A stretch of DNA of 64,000 nucleotides from Marsupella aquatica (GCA_973895155.1 OZ316897.1:16565938-16629937); one strand, 5' to 3'. Positions 39,001 through 51,213 are shown, counted from the stretch's first letter. Notes: generated by a model not told the origin, from the letters alone. Translations and numbers: made by a program.

Positions 39001-40673
39001 ATGAACCAGATGGAGTCTGTCATCATTGCAGAGCTCGACAAGGAGCTAAGAGCAACCCAGGAGGAGAGGGCTACCTTGAAGAAGGAATTGGAGGAAGCCC
39101 ACAGGGAGCAGGAGGAGGCCAAAAACGAGCTGGAGGGGGCACGTAAGGACCTGGATGAAACCCAAGAGGAGTTGGAGGAAATCACGAGGAAGATGGAGAA
39201 CCTACAGCGGCGGGCCGACAACCAAACAGAGTGGCTGAAGAAACAAGCCGCAGTATTTAAATGCTTAGCTGCAGCAGGTCCATCTCCCGTTGGGACAAAC
39301 CAGTTACCAGGGGTGGTAATTGCCGAAGGACAAGCCGCGCCAACTGCACCAGTGCCGGAAGTAAGTGGGAAGGGGAAGGGACCAGCTGCCGAGCCACCAA
39401 CGAAGAAGAAGCGGAAACCTTCAGGGTCAAGGAGTAATACGACTTCACAGGCCGTGGTGATCAAGGAGGTAGACCCAGCACCGACCCCAGACAGGGTCAC
39501 GGCTAAGGATCCAACTACCCTAGGGGAAGGGGAGGCCGAAGCCGAGGGAGTGGCTGAAGCCGAAGCCGTGGGAGTGGCTGAGGCCGAAGCCGTGGGTATT
39601 GCCGAGGCCGGTGTCGAGGCTGAAGCCGAAGGTGGACCCAGTCAGGCCGATGGAGAGTTGACTCAGTCAAGGGCAGGTAATCTGTCAGAGAATGAACCTA
39701 CGGCAGTGGCTGAGGAGGAAGCGTTGGGGGCGTCCATTAAGGATCCACCACCGGTGTCGTGACGGTGCAAGGGCGCCGTTCCTTTTAGGGAGGGCGGACG
39801 TGGAGGGAGGAGGCGTGAGTGGGCAGGGCGGGCGCGGATCTCCACGTTTAGGATTAGGATCAGAACCAGGAGCGGCCCTGACACTTAGCTTAGTGGGATT
39901 GCGGTCCCACTGGTAGGAGCAACACTTGTGCTCCTGCCTTGCTGTACATAGGTAGATTCGGGCAAGTAGATTACTGTTAAGTAGATTAGGCTTACGATGC
40001 AAAGAATGGCGGATCCACTACCAGGATAAGTACCTGGGCAGCGGGGAGCTCAGGGCCTCTTCTTTAGCAAGTTTTTAGTTTGCACCAGCCGGGCTGGGAT
40101 CAAGTAGTACGAGAAGCTCTCGGTTAGTCATACAGTGACCCTTGTGTATATTCATGTTTCCTCATGCCTAAGAGCTGAATAGAGTTGGCCTCACGGCTTA
40201 GTTCGCAGAACTTGTGTATGAGATGTACTGTTTGTATGGCAAGTGCATGGTATGACTCAGTCAGAATGAGTCATTTTGCTATTTGTGTGTCGCATTAACT
40301 TGTGTGAAGAGTGCCCACATCAACAGAAGGAAGGAAAGTAAGCAGGGGAGTGAGAGTTGGATGTGTCGAGCTGAGAGAGGTCTTAGCGGCTTAACCAAGC
40401 CTATTGGGGATCATTCCGGCGGCGGAATCCAAACATACCTAACAAGACGGAGGGGAAGACAGGGGAAGGCCTATATTAGGCCGGCTACGTATCTCATGAC
40501 CCGATGAAGGATCTGTCCAGTATATGTGTGTAAAATGTTAATAGTAGTAGTAGAAGGTTAGCAGCGTCCCATGCCGCTAAGCCGCGGAAACGGCCTCGCC
40601 AAGCACGAAACCTGCGGGAATTGGCTTGAGCTGGGGGGTTTCTTGGGTTTAGGGAGCCATGGGATGCACCACA
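36024..40673 (+). mobile_element. Family A solo-LTR-like coding element, intact inner copy (4650 bp)
   Basis: TGTGATGC...GCACCACA imperfect 8-bp inverted ends; TSD TCCAC (36019-36023 / 40674-40678). No internal long direct repeats and no gag/pol motifs seen. Confidence 0.93.
36139..39762 (+). pseudogene. Family A ORF (~1207 aa with one in-frame TGA at 38620-38622): PMD-like domain + acidic/Pro-rich linker + long coiled coil
   Basis: The 827-aa and 374-aa ORFs are in the same frame; the outer copy has CGG at the TGA position. Motif SGLEAFVRLPW...LLEFVGSWEPETNCTRIYGKDFYLTPKVIAEVFGLP resembles the plant mobile domain pattern W..ET..F.....TITL.DV..LLGLP. Confidence 0.8.
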
Positions 40674-41488
40674 TCCACCCCTCCGTGCTACCCTTCAACT
40701 CCCAGTGCACGTCGTTGCAGCGATTGATGGCTTCCCGGATGCCGACGATTCTGTCTTCGCAAAACAGAAGGTCATCGAGCTGATTGGCAGTAGGAGTCCA
40801 TAAGAACTTGGCCTTGATGAGTTCTCCTCCTAAGAAGGCCGTCTTCTGCAGTTCCCAGAGCCGAGCGAGCTCCTGCCGTTCTTGAGCTGCTCTCTCCGAA
40901 TCTTCGTCCTTGTTAGTCCTGACGTACTCACTTGCCCGCTCGAACAGGCATCCCCAAAAATGTGCCGCTTGATTGACGTTGCTCATACCCTCCTTGACTT
41001 GATCGTTGGTATCTGTTCCCACCCAGAGTGCTTGCCTAAGCAGCTGACAGTATTTGGCCTCCCGTAGTCATCTGCCCAGTTCGTGCTTGCAAATGAGCCA
41101 CCATTCCTCGCGAGCGGTCCTTACCCCTCTCCTCCTGTGGTCTTCCCTCCCGTTGGTCACCCCTAGCCGCCGACGCTTAGCACGCCCTAACCCTAATCGT
41201 GTTCTCTCCCCCGGCATCCTTACTTCCGGCCTCGGCCCGGGTTCCATAGTCACCCTTAATTGTTTATATTTTCCTTGTCTTGTTACTATACTAAGGTGTT
41301 TCCAGGGTACACTCCTGCTTTTACCATGTAAACCGGCCTAGTCACTAGTACATTTTACCTCCTTTTTCCGATTCTCTCCACATCGGACGCCTTTGTAAAA
41401 TAAAATTTGAAAAACCATATATCCGATACTACTAGCATCGCAACATACCATTTTAATAGTATCGGATATCGACAATCGGACTTCTATC

Positions 41489-41618
41489 GGAAAGTCCGAT
41501 GGTGGGAGAATGGGAAAGTCTGATGGTGGGAGAATGGGAAAGTCCGATGCTAGGAGAATGGGAAAGTCCGATGGTGAGAGAATGAGAAAGTCCGATGCTA
41601 GGAGAATGGGAAAGTCCA
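41489..41618 (+). repeat. 24-bp minisatellite (~5 copies) in left arm of the small CACTA
   Basis: ggaaagtccgatg(g/c)t(g/a)ggagaatg repeated. Confidence 0.9.
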
Positions 41619-42471
41619 AAGCAATCAAAATGGGATATGCATGTCAGCGGACGCGACATGCTCAGGTCATCCATCTCTTCCTTTAATTGGGTTTCTACTT
41701 TCATTTGGAACTATGAGCTAGGTGCCCATCTCCCTTGACATGTGAACTCTTCAAATTTTCTCAACTAATTGGTCACCCATCCCAATTGCTATTCCTCCAA
41801 CATGAGCTTAACTTTGTGGTTCTTATTCCTTACATTGTACATGCAAGCTTAGCACTTTTGTTGTTTGACTTAGAGTGTTTGGGGATTTTATACACTTGTG
41901 AGTTTACTAAGACCCATAATTTGGACCCATTCTTGATCCATTTTTCTCTATCATGAGATTAGATCTTTGCATCAAGTGACCTATTCTAGTTACCCTATTA
42001 CATTCCCCTAGGAGAAACCAATAGAAATCTGGCAGGGGTCATTCATCGATAGTAAAGCCCTCCTTCATTAGATTTGATATGGGATAATTATGGCTTATTA
42101 GTTATGGATGATATTTTGGTCCTTCCAAAGCCTCAGCATCAATGGCTCCTGATTGATTGTCTCATCTTTTATCAACTATGTTGTTGTTGGACTTGCAACA
42201 AAGACTACATGGGACAAGCAACCTCCTTCTAGATGATGTATTTTGGACTTGGCATGTTGAGCACATATTTCCGTAATGGAACAATATGTTGGGTCTTGGA
42301 ATGAGGCAAAAACAACACTCAAGTCCATTTGCCTCAAGTATGAAGTTATTCATGCATGCAAGAATGATTGCATCTTTTGGGAAGAGTATGTCGGTGCAAC
42401 CACATACCCCATCTAACACATCAAAACTTTTCATTCTAACACAATCAAAAATTTTCTTTTTGTCATAACCA

Positions 42472-42650
42472 GACTTTCCCATACTCCCAGCATTGGACTT
42501 TCCCATTCTTCTAGCATCGGACTTTCCCATACTCCCAGCATTGGACTTTCCCATTCTTCCAGCATCGGACTTTCCCATTCTTCTAGCATCGGACTTTCCC
42601 ATACTCCCAGCATCGAACTTTCCCATTCTCCCAACATCGGACTTTGCCAT
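42472..42650 (-). repeat. Same 24-bp minisatellite (~7 copies), inverted, in right arm
   Basis: gactttcccat(a/t)ct(c/t)c(c/t)agcatcg repeated; reverse complement of the left array. Confidence 0.9.
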
Positions 42651-43010
42651 GTTAGCACAATCGGATATAATATCCGTTATTATTAACTACGGAAAGTTTC
42701 CGATCAATATTGTAACGCACATCATTTTTGTTACAAAAAACATCGGACATATCAATCAAAGTTTTTGTTGAGGGATCCGATGTGTTTTCTAACGGATATG
42801 ATCCGTTTTTTAACGCATCGGAAAGGTTCCGTTGTCAATTATATCGGAAATGAAGATATCCGAAGCCGAGAGTATGGCATATTGCCATTTTTTGATAATC
42901 GGAATTTCCGATGCTAAAAGAATCGGACGCCGATTGTTTGCAAAAATTGAGCATCGGAAATCAGCTTAATATGTACTAGTGAGTGATTCCTGGCTAGGCA
43001 TCATGGCTCT

Positions 43011-46000
43011 TTAGGGGTGAGAATGCCAAGTTGGAAAATTGTTCAGTGTGTCAGCAGCCCAAGATGAAGAGAGTGGGGAATTCATTACAGGCAAGGAAGG
43101 TGGTGCGGTATTTCCCTATAATTCCTAGGTTGAAGAGATTGTATGCCACTGCTAGTACATCTAAACTCATGACTTGGCATCATGAGAATAGAAGCACAGA
43201 CAACATGGTTCGGCACACAATAGATTCCAAGGCTTGGAAGCATGTGGATACAAATATTGATCAGAAATTTGAAGCTGGACCAAGGAATGTGCAATTTGGG
43301 TTGGCACTTGATGGGGTGAATCTCTTTGGGAATAATTCCACAGCTTGGCCAATCTTGTTGTTGAATTACAATTTACCTCCTTGGCTTACCACCAAGAAGT
43401 TCTTTGTCATGCTAGCTATATATGCTGATTCCAGGACCTGATTCAGTAACAGAGGAACAACTGGACATAATATTGGGCCCATAGAACTATGAGGAGTTGG
43501 AGCTGTTGTGGACAAAAGGAGTGCCCTGCTTTGACAAATTGCCACGCCTAGGATTTTCTCAACACTTCAACCTAAGGGTTGTGCTATTGTGGACAATCAA
43601 TGATTACCCTACATATGGTTTAATATCTGGACAACAACACGCTGGATACAAAGGATGTGTCATCTGTGGGCCAAAATGTGTGGCACGTGGTTCACTTGCA
43701 GAAATTAGAGTACAGTGGCCACCGTCAATGGTTAGCAGCAAGGCATCTTTTTTGTAGACCAGAAAGTGCACAATACTTTGATGGTGCAATTGAGAGCCGA
43801 CCTGCACCGTGTAGAATGTCAAGCTCTAATAGAAAGAAGTGGGGAGACAAGACAACAGAATATTTGAAGAAGGGAGGAACCAAGGTTGAGGATGAGAGAG
43901 CCTGCATGCCCCATAAAGGTGCATGGAGTGAAGAGGGCTACTGGTCTGTACAAGTTGCCCTATTGGAACGTAAGACTCCATACTACTAGTACAATGAATT
44001 TCTGCAATCTCTTCATATGACTTTGAAATATGTTTACTTCCTATAGCCCAGATTTTGTAATTGTTCCTGGGAAAATATTTTTTATAATAAAAAGGGGAGA
44101 CCGCAAAAACCCCACGGCCGGGGGGAAGCACTCAGCCCCATAGATATAATAGCAAAACTCCCACATGGAGGCCAGCAGGCAAAAGCAAAGGCCAGAATCA
44201 CAATAAAAAAAGGGGAGACTAGACCTAGTGGCCCAAAACGTGAGTGACCAACACATCATGTCAACTTGTAGAGCCCTAGAGCCGATAAGCGAGGTAACCC
44301 ATTCACCCTCTTCCAATAGCTATCACTCCTAGACCAGCAACGCAGCCACTGAGGTGACTCTGCCAGTACTCCTAGCAAACCAGTGTCGTCATTCTATTTA
44401 GCTATGAGATCCCTAGCCTTAGCCAGTCTGATGCGCCGCCCACCAATGGGGAGGCACAAGCCCGCAGCCTGCAAGTGAGTCTCAGTTTTTGAGAGGACCA
44501 GCCCAAAATCAAATACTCGGATCAGCTTTTTCTCAAAAATCTGCTCATTTCATCCCATCCATAGAGCCCACAACATTTGATAATGCAAGAAAAAGCAGGC
44601 AGATTGAGTGTGTGTTCTGGAATCAGCAGCAACAAGGAGTTCCAGGCTACCCCAACCCCTGCCAAACAGTTGTCTCAAGGAGCTGGACTCTCCGATTCCC
44701 CAACAGAGCATGGCGTGAGCACAGCCAAAGAAAAGGTGGGGAATGCTTTCAATTCTCCCAGGGCAAACATGGCATATACCTGAGCCTGCACCAATCTTAG
44801 CAGCCCAAGATCCCATGAAGAGACCTCCAACTATCAAGCGCCAAATGAATGTTTTTGCCCTGGAAGATTTTGTAATTGTTGTATTCAATGCCCTAATTTC
44901 TGAATTGTGTGTCCACTGCAGAAACTACTCATTAACCATTATCTAGATCCCATGCATTGTGAGAAGAATCTTGCACACAACATTGTGCATACTATCATTG
45001 GGACTAAGGACACTCCTTCTATGCGAGAAGACATGAAGCTCTTACAGGTGCGCCAACACCTATGGCTTGTACCCAATCCAACTCCCAAGCGTAACGATGA
45101 CAGATTGTTGATGCCCCCAGCCCCATATTGCTTGAGCAATCTGAAGGAAAGAACAAGGTTCTTGGAGGTGTTATTGACCTTGAAAGGGCCCACTGGTTTT
45201 TCAAGTTCTTTGGCAAAGTGTGTTACAAAATCTAAGAAACTCTCTTGGTTGAAATCACATGATTTCCACCAACTCATGCAACAGATTCTCCCTTTGGCAA
45301 CAATGGGATTACTTGATGAAGGGGTTCGCTTGGCCATAGTTGGGGTAAGCAATATCTATCGCCAGATCTGTACGAAGGTGTGGGACCCTTCAATGTATGA
45401 GAATTTGATGATGGATGTTGCATTCACTCTCTGCATTTTAGAAATCCATTTTCCACCAAGCTTCTTTGATGTCATGACCCATTTAATGATTCACCTAGTG
45501 GAGGAATTAGACTTGTGTGGCCCAGTTACAGGCAGATGGATGTACCCAATAGAGAGGAACCTGAAGGTATTGAAGGGTTATGTACAAAACAAGGCACGTC
45601 TAGAGGCTTCTATGGCTGAAGGCTATGTATTAGATGAGTCTTTGGGATTCCTTTTTGAATACATGATTGATGCTAAGGGAGAGGGAAAACAAACCTGGGA
45701 GTTGGAGGAGGATGCTAGCATTGCAAGCATTGTCTTGGAAGGGTATGCAAAGGAGATATTAACTTTGAATTGGTCTAAAGTGATGGCCATGCATCATTAT
45801 ATATTGGAGAATGAAGAGACAATGGCTCCATGGTATAGGTACGTAAACCTGTACCATATGGATCATAATTATGCTGCCCCATTGTGTTTGTATATTCATG
45901 GTGGATCGTGCACTAATATCATCAGTGTTGTTGCTGCCATGTAGGATATACGATGCTACCAATGAGACTGTTACCAAACAAAGAGTGGATTTCCAGAAGG

Positions 46001-46750
46001 AATGCTGATGAGGAAGCCTGCCAATTGAAGAAAACTAGTGGAATTTCCCCTTGACTGCCAAGAATTGCCACGTTTCAGGGAATGGTTTCAAACATTAGTG
46101 AATACCCATAATTTTGAGAAAGAGTCTGAACAGTCATTACTATCTGCATACTCCACACCACCTAGTTTGAAGGCACGACTGTATAGGGCATGCAGAGCCT
46201 ATGGGCACCACTGGAGGACTATTCCATCCTTGGGGTGTTTGAGTGATTGTGATTCTGGTGCATTCAGCACTTTTGATTCTGGGATGGCTTCGACATTCAC
46301 TGAGAAGCGAGTGGACTGGTCTGGCACAACAATAGAAGAATCTGTACAGTATGTAGGGGCCTTGACAGATATCTTGGTACTGAATTACGGCAGCTTGAGG
46401 AAAGGGTTGATTCTTTTCAAAGGGAAATGGGCAGATCCATCATGGACTCCTAAATCCTCTGCCAGTATGAGGTATTCCGAGTTTGACTGGTCTTTGGCAG
46501 GTGAATTTCCATAGAGAACTGGGTGTGTCCAAGAAAATGGATTACGTTTTCCCAAAGCAAGTGGAGTAGGTTTTCTTCCACCCCAATGAGAAGGGGATAG
46601 CATGGAGAACAATCCTCCACAAAGAATCCAGGTCCACAAGGGTGTTAGGTGATTGCAAGGGTTGTCACATTCTGTGAATGCTTATGAGGAGGCTTGAAAG
46701 CGGAACATAGAGCATAATGTTAGCATTATGCGTGATCTAGGACTGGGGCC
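43011..46750 (+). pseudogene. CACTA TnpD/Tnp2 transposase, 3' part (Transposase_21, DUF4218-, DUF4216-like regions)
   Basis: KVVRYFPIIPRLKRLY, GLALDGVN, NYNLPPW, LLWTINDYP, GYKGCVIC; intron 43970-44921; LDPMHCEKN, LKSHDFH, FPPSFFDVMTHLMIHLV, GPVTGRWMYPIER, YVGALTDI..LFKGKW. Several stops and frameshifts. Confidence 0.92.
44066..44864 (-). mobile_element. 5'-truncated L1 LINE fragment inside a transposase intron
   Basis: 16-bp TSD AGATTTTGTAATTGTT (44050-44065 / 44865-44880); zf-RVT remnant RAKTFIWRL...CHVCPGRIESIPHLFFGCAHA. Confidence 0.9.
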
Positions 46751-48063
46751 AGGCTGCATGCTGATGTGTGTGTTAATATGTCTATTGCAAATTTGATTGA
46801 ACAGTAGATGAATGGAGTTGTCAGGTTCATGTTCTGTTTTCATATTCCAGATTAGTCTCATACTAGTATGGATCCTGTACATAAGCACCGTTGTTACTGT
46901 GTTGTAGATTCTACTTGCATGTATGTTTGATCTGCATTGGTGTATGTTGATGATTGCTTTGTTCCTTAGAGGCCCAACCACACATGTACAATGACAGAGA
47001 GAAAAGTCTGCATTGGTGAAAGGTACTTCAACTGAAACATTGCCAAAGAGTCCGAGTAGCTCTAGACTATCACAAGTTACCAGGGTGAACATGGAAGAGT
47101 CTGGTGATGATGGCTCTGCCTTTCCTTCTGGGTATGACATTGAGGATTCTGACATTGGAGGGTCAAAACCTGAGAGTGAACAACAGGTAATGCTTGAACT
47201 TCATCATCCTAATAGGAAGGGATCCTTGTCCCTGTTTCAAAGTATTCGTTAATACGCCTACATTGTCCATGATGTAGGTACAAAAACAAAATCGTGGTCC
47301 TACAAAGACTGGGCCTGGTGGAGGTGGGCTGGTGAGATGTTGGAAAGACCCAGACACTAGACTCTTATATGAAAGTGAGTGGATTGTACTAATATACTTT
47401 TCAGGTGTGTTTGGAAGTTGATATTCTACTTGGAAATGAAAGTCATTGAAGTGCTTTGGTGTTGTGTGTTTGTAAGTATGCAATGACCTATATCGGAAGT
47501 ACATCTTGAATGTTGAGTACATTGTAATTTGAAAGCTATTTATGGAATCTATTTGAGGCAGGACTCTAATTATATTGTCATGTATAATTTCATGTAGGGC
47601 ATGTTAATTTATTTTTTGAGGGCATACTATTCCATGAGCGCCAACCTGGCTTGTAAATTGTGCCTTGGGTATTCAGGACTTTCTCCCCAGGGTTCTGCTG
47701 TCTCAAGGAAGGCTTCCAACGATGTGGCCTCTGACCTATGTCCTGCTAACAAGCAACAACTGCTTTTAAAAGAGAAGAAAAGGTCAAAAGCAAGCTAGAG
47801 GGGTACCAAAGGAGGCCTTAAGGACTAGGGGAAATGACTTCATGTCCAAGGACTTCCAAGGTTCATGTGTGGCCAGGATTACACAATCTTGAAGTGACTA
47901 AGGACTTTTCAATAATCATTATTCCATCACTAATGCGTGACTCAAGGGGTAGCCATTATGAGCTTAAGCCGTCATTTTTGTGCCCATGTGAACAGGATCT
48001 AGTTTAAGACAAGCATCCTTCTCCCATTTTGAATTTTGAACGTGACTTTTAATTTATGAAAGG

Positions 48064-51000
48064 TGTCGCATCCCTAACCTGGGCCTTAAATCCAGTTTAG
48101 TGCCATGGCGCGACCTCGACCACCAGTAGGGGTGAGGGTTCGGGCAAGGAGGTGTGTAGTGGCCCGATTACCCCTAAGTCGGGCTAAGTCGATACACTTA
48201 CTGGTATAACACTTAAGCAACTTGTACTAGTCATAGGTATCTTTTATTTTCCACGGCTGGAACCCTCCCTCAATTAGTGACTCGGACTAACTCCCGGCTT
48301 GGGGCTTTTCAAGCCATCGACACGACAGAACCTTGTGACATACGATGGGTGGCAATCCCTACCATTAGTCCGCACCCGGTACGTCCCTTAAAATGGCACC
48401 TTTGCCCAGACAAAGCATACACACAACACCAGTTACTTGCAGAAACTTTAGAGGGAAAAGACTACATTTACTCAGCGAAGCATCAGTTTACATGGTTGAC
48501 TCGACTTCAAAGGGGGTCAGCAGGCCCAACGGCAGTCGATGCCCAGTCTCTATGAGGCCCCGCCTCGCACTTGCCCAGCAAGCTCGACTCTGGCTCTCAC
48601 TCCTTGGTGCACTCTGACCCTGCTCAGGCCAGGACTCCCCGTGCCTCACCTTTCTTCTGCTGAGATAACTAAGCCTTCTCCCCCCTCCATGGCGGAAGGG
48701 GAACCCTAAATACTACAATTGCAGAAGAGAACCGGAGGATACTACCTTCCGGGATACTACCTACTGACTAACTGGTCGTGCCGCACTGACTGGTTGACCG
48801 TCGACGATAAGGGTGCCGACCGGAATGGCAGCGGCCAAGTCTACTGACAAAAATCAAGTCCGTTGATGGACTCCATCCTACGTTGGCTGATCCTAACTGA
48901 TCCGGTCCTAATTCTTCCTACTACCGCTAATCGGCGCCTAATGACAGCCATTTTGTCGTTACGCCTAACCAAAAGATGCCGCTGACTTAACTGCCTTGTG
49001 CGGCGCCTGCTTCCACCCTTCGCTAACTACCCCTTACGTGTGTGCTGTGGTTGGACCAGGGCTGGTCCCCTTGTCGGGGCGAGACCTCGAGCCGCCTTGA
49101 TCAGAGGTGGGCCCAGGTTTTCCCCGCTGGAGGACGAGCAGGGTAACGCGGTCCTGCAAGGCCTTGTTGTCCCGCACCGCCTCCTTCGCCTTGTTTGCAG
49201 CTTCATCGGCCTCTGTCTGGAGCCGCGCTACCTCCAGGTTGAGCTGGTTAATGGAGTTGCGATGGATCTGGTCCTGCGCCAGCAATTTGTCTCGTTCGGC
49301 GGAGAGACTCGCCACCTGCTGCAATGCCTGCAAGAATTGTTTGTTGAGGTCGGTCAGGTTGGTAACCTGAGCCGAAGATTCTGAGCGTAATTGAAGCACG
49401 GTGTCGTCCAGCTTCTTGAGATCTGCTTGCGCTCCGTTTAACTCCTGGGTTAGTCCGTCCCTCTGTTTGACGGTGCGGACTAACTCCTTGCGGTGGGTAG
49501 TGGCCTCCTCTTCGAGGTGCTCTACCAGCATCTGGAGGCGCCCGATCTCATTCCCCTTCGCCATGAGTTCTTCTTCCAAGCGGCTTACGATCCGTGGTTG
49601 GTGCTCTAACATGAAGAAGGCTGGTTGAAAGTACGCCAAGACTTGTTGTCCGATGTACGTCGCCAGCTCCCCAGACATAGTCTGGCTAAACTTCTGGACC
49701 AGGTTGTAGGCCATGGTCCCCGGGGCTACTTGGTAGTCCTCCATCCTCTCGGGTACCGGTGGTTCCTCGGGCGGGGCAACGAGCTCCTCCGTAGTCTGCG
49801 TTGGGGAGGGGAAGGTTTCTTCAGGTGGTGGAGGGATTGGGGGTGGTTGTACTGCGGGTAGCAGAGGCTCGACGGAAGGGGGCGGCAGAATTTCCACAGG
49901 AGGAGGTGGCGGAGTATTAGTCGGGGCTTCCGGCTTGGGGTTTGCCCGAGGGATGGTAGTCCGCGCGCTCGGGGTTGCCTCCTCTGGGGCGGGGGTGACA
50001 TTAGTCGGGGCTGAGGTGGCCATATTCTTTCCTCTGGCCTCCCACCGTGCCTTGTACCAGGCGAGGATAATGGCGATATGGCTTCCCAAGTAAGTCTTCC
50101 CCCCAATAGCCATACCATCCTAAGCCCACTTCAGCTCCCCCAAGAATCTTTGGTAGAAGAATTGGGCCCAGTTCCGCCGTTTGTACTGTTCCACCTGCAC
50201 GATCGTGCAGAGGGCCGGAAATCTCGGATCGTGGCTCAATCATGTGTAGGGTAGTCCGTATGAAGTTAAGCCGCTCCATGCAGATTAAGTTGGTGCACGA
50301 CCCCTGCTTGTATCCGTTGTCCGTCTTACCCTCGGGTTTGAAGTGCCGCGGTGTATACTCCTTATCCCGAATTTGGAGTTCAACCGGCACCGGCCCGGTT
50401 GGCAGGCAGAAGATTTGCGTTAATCGATGCTCCGTGAGTGATAAGGCCTGCCACAAAACCTTGGTGGTCGATATGTCGTTGTAGCTGGAATCCCTGGTGA
50501 TGGCTGTCCTTTCGCAATTAACCAGTGCCACCTTGGTCACCAGCTTCGCGTATCTTCGTTCGTAAGCGACTTTCTCGGGACAAGAGTACCAATAAGTCTT
50601 GGAGAACTTAGCACCTACCTCGCCAAACAAGGTCCAAAATCCCAAGGCTGTAAGGGTCATACTAACCTCGTAGTCCGGTCCGTTGAGTCCACGTTCCCAC
50701 TCGGCTGGTCCTTTTGCTTGTGGAGGTCTTGCTTGTCCTGACTAAATCTTGCCACATTCCGCTCTTCTCCCTCGATAATCTCCTTATACAGGTCGACTTG
50801 ATTCGATCAGAAAGGCAAGTGGATGGCAACGTCCACGAATTCCAAAAAGGTAGACATGAGCAAATGGCCCGCAGCGCCATCGGCTCCTCTCTTATGGAGG
50901 TGCCAGGATGAGCCCGAGCGTGAGAAGGCCAGGCCGTTTTGGTCATTGATAATGAGCTGAAGTCGGCGCCTCGGTCCAAGCGTGATTCTTCTAACTGATT

Positions 51001-51213
51001 TTTACTCCGCTGCCACCACCGTACCTCGGTCGCGCGTAATAATCCTCTTCCTGAACTCGTAATCATTCGGTCATCTTAACCTACTCCTAATCTATTCATA
51101 ATGGCAACAGACGGCTATACGTGCTATTCTACGCTACGGCTACGGTCCTAACATCCGTATAAGACCTAATCTACGACCTGGGTTCGGTTAAGTGACACGT
51201 TACCCGTGTCACA
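48064..51213 (-). mobile_element. Family B solo-LTR-like coding element, copy 2 (3150 bp, ~700-bp internal deletion)
   Basis: Reverse-complement match to 26257-30107; ends TGTCGCA... / ...GTGTCACA; TSD AAAGG (48059-48063 / 51214-51218). Confidence 0.93.
49034..50660 (-). pseudogene. Family B ORF1-ORF2 deletion fusion, frameshifted near 50215; C-terminal 359 aa open
   Basis: ...AITRDSSYND|ISTTKVLWQALSLTEHRL... joins the ORF1 N-terminus to ORF2; 49034..50113 is an open Pro-rich/coiled-coil frame. Confidence 0.8.

Larger units (their letters stand above)
30640..41248 (-). pseudogene. Family A ORF in the outer copy, fragmented by nested insertions
   Basis: ORF-track pieces 41068..41253, 40674..41022, 35462..36007, 35060..35410, 34133..34480, 33398..33847 and 30811..31602 are collinear with the inner-copy protein; LKGSTEGW|TKATLLGETS joins across the 36024-40673 insert. 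Confidence 0.85.
41343..42981. mobile_element. Complete non-autonomous CACTA element (1639 bp)
   Basis: TIR CACTAGTACAT / ATGTACTAGTG; 3-bp TSD AGT (41340-41342 / 42982-42984); ATCGGA/TCCGAT subterminal repeats; decayed Tnp2 remnant (LKYEVIHACKNDCIF, ~42330-42380). Confidence 0.95.
25840..43005 (-). mobile_element. Family A solo-LTR-like coding element, outer copy (~4.76 kb net, carrying five nested insertions)
   Basis: 5-bp TSD GCTCT (25835-25839 / 43006-43010). Ends TGTGGTGCGTCCC... and ...CTAGGCATCATG match the termini of the intact copy at 36024-40673 in reverse orientation. Subtracting nested inserts and their TSDs leaves 4762 bp. Confidence 0.92.

Noticed and set aside
25840-43005. Full-length LTR retrotransposon with family A or B copies as its paired LTRs
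   Set aside because: Copies are inverted relative to each other, each has its own TSD, and no gag/pol, PBS or PPT lies between them.
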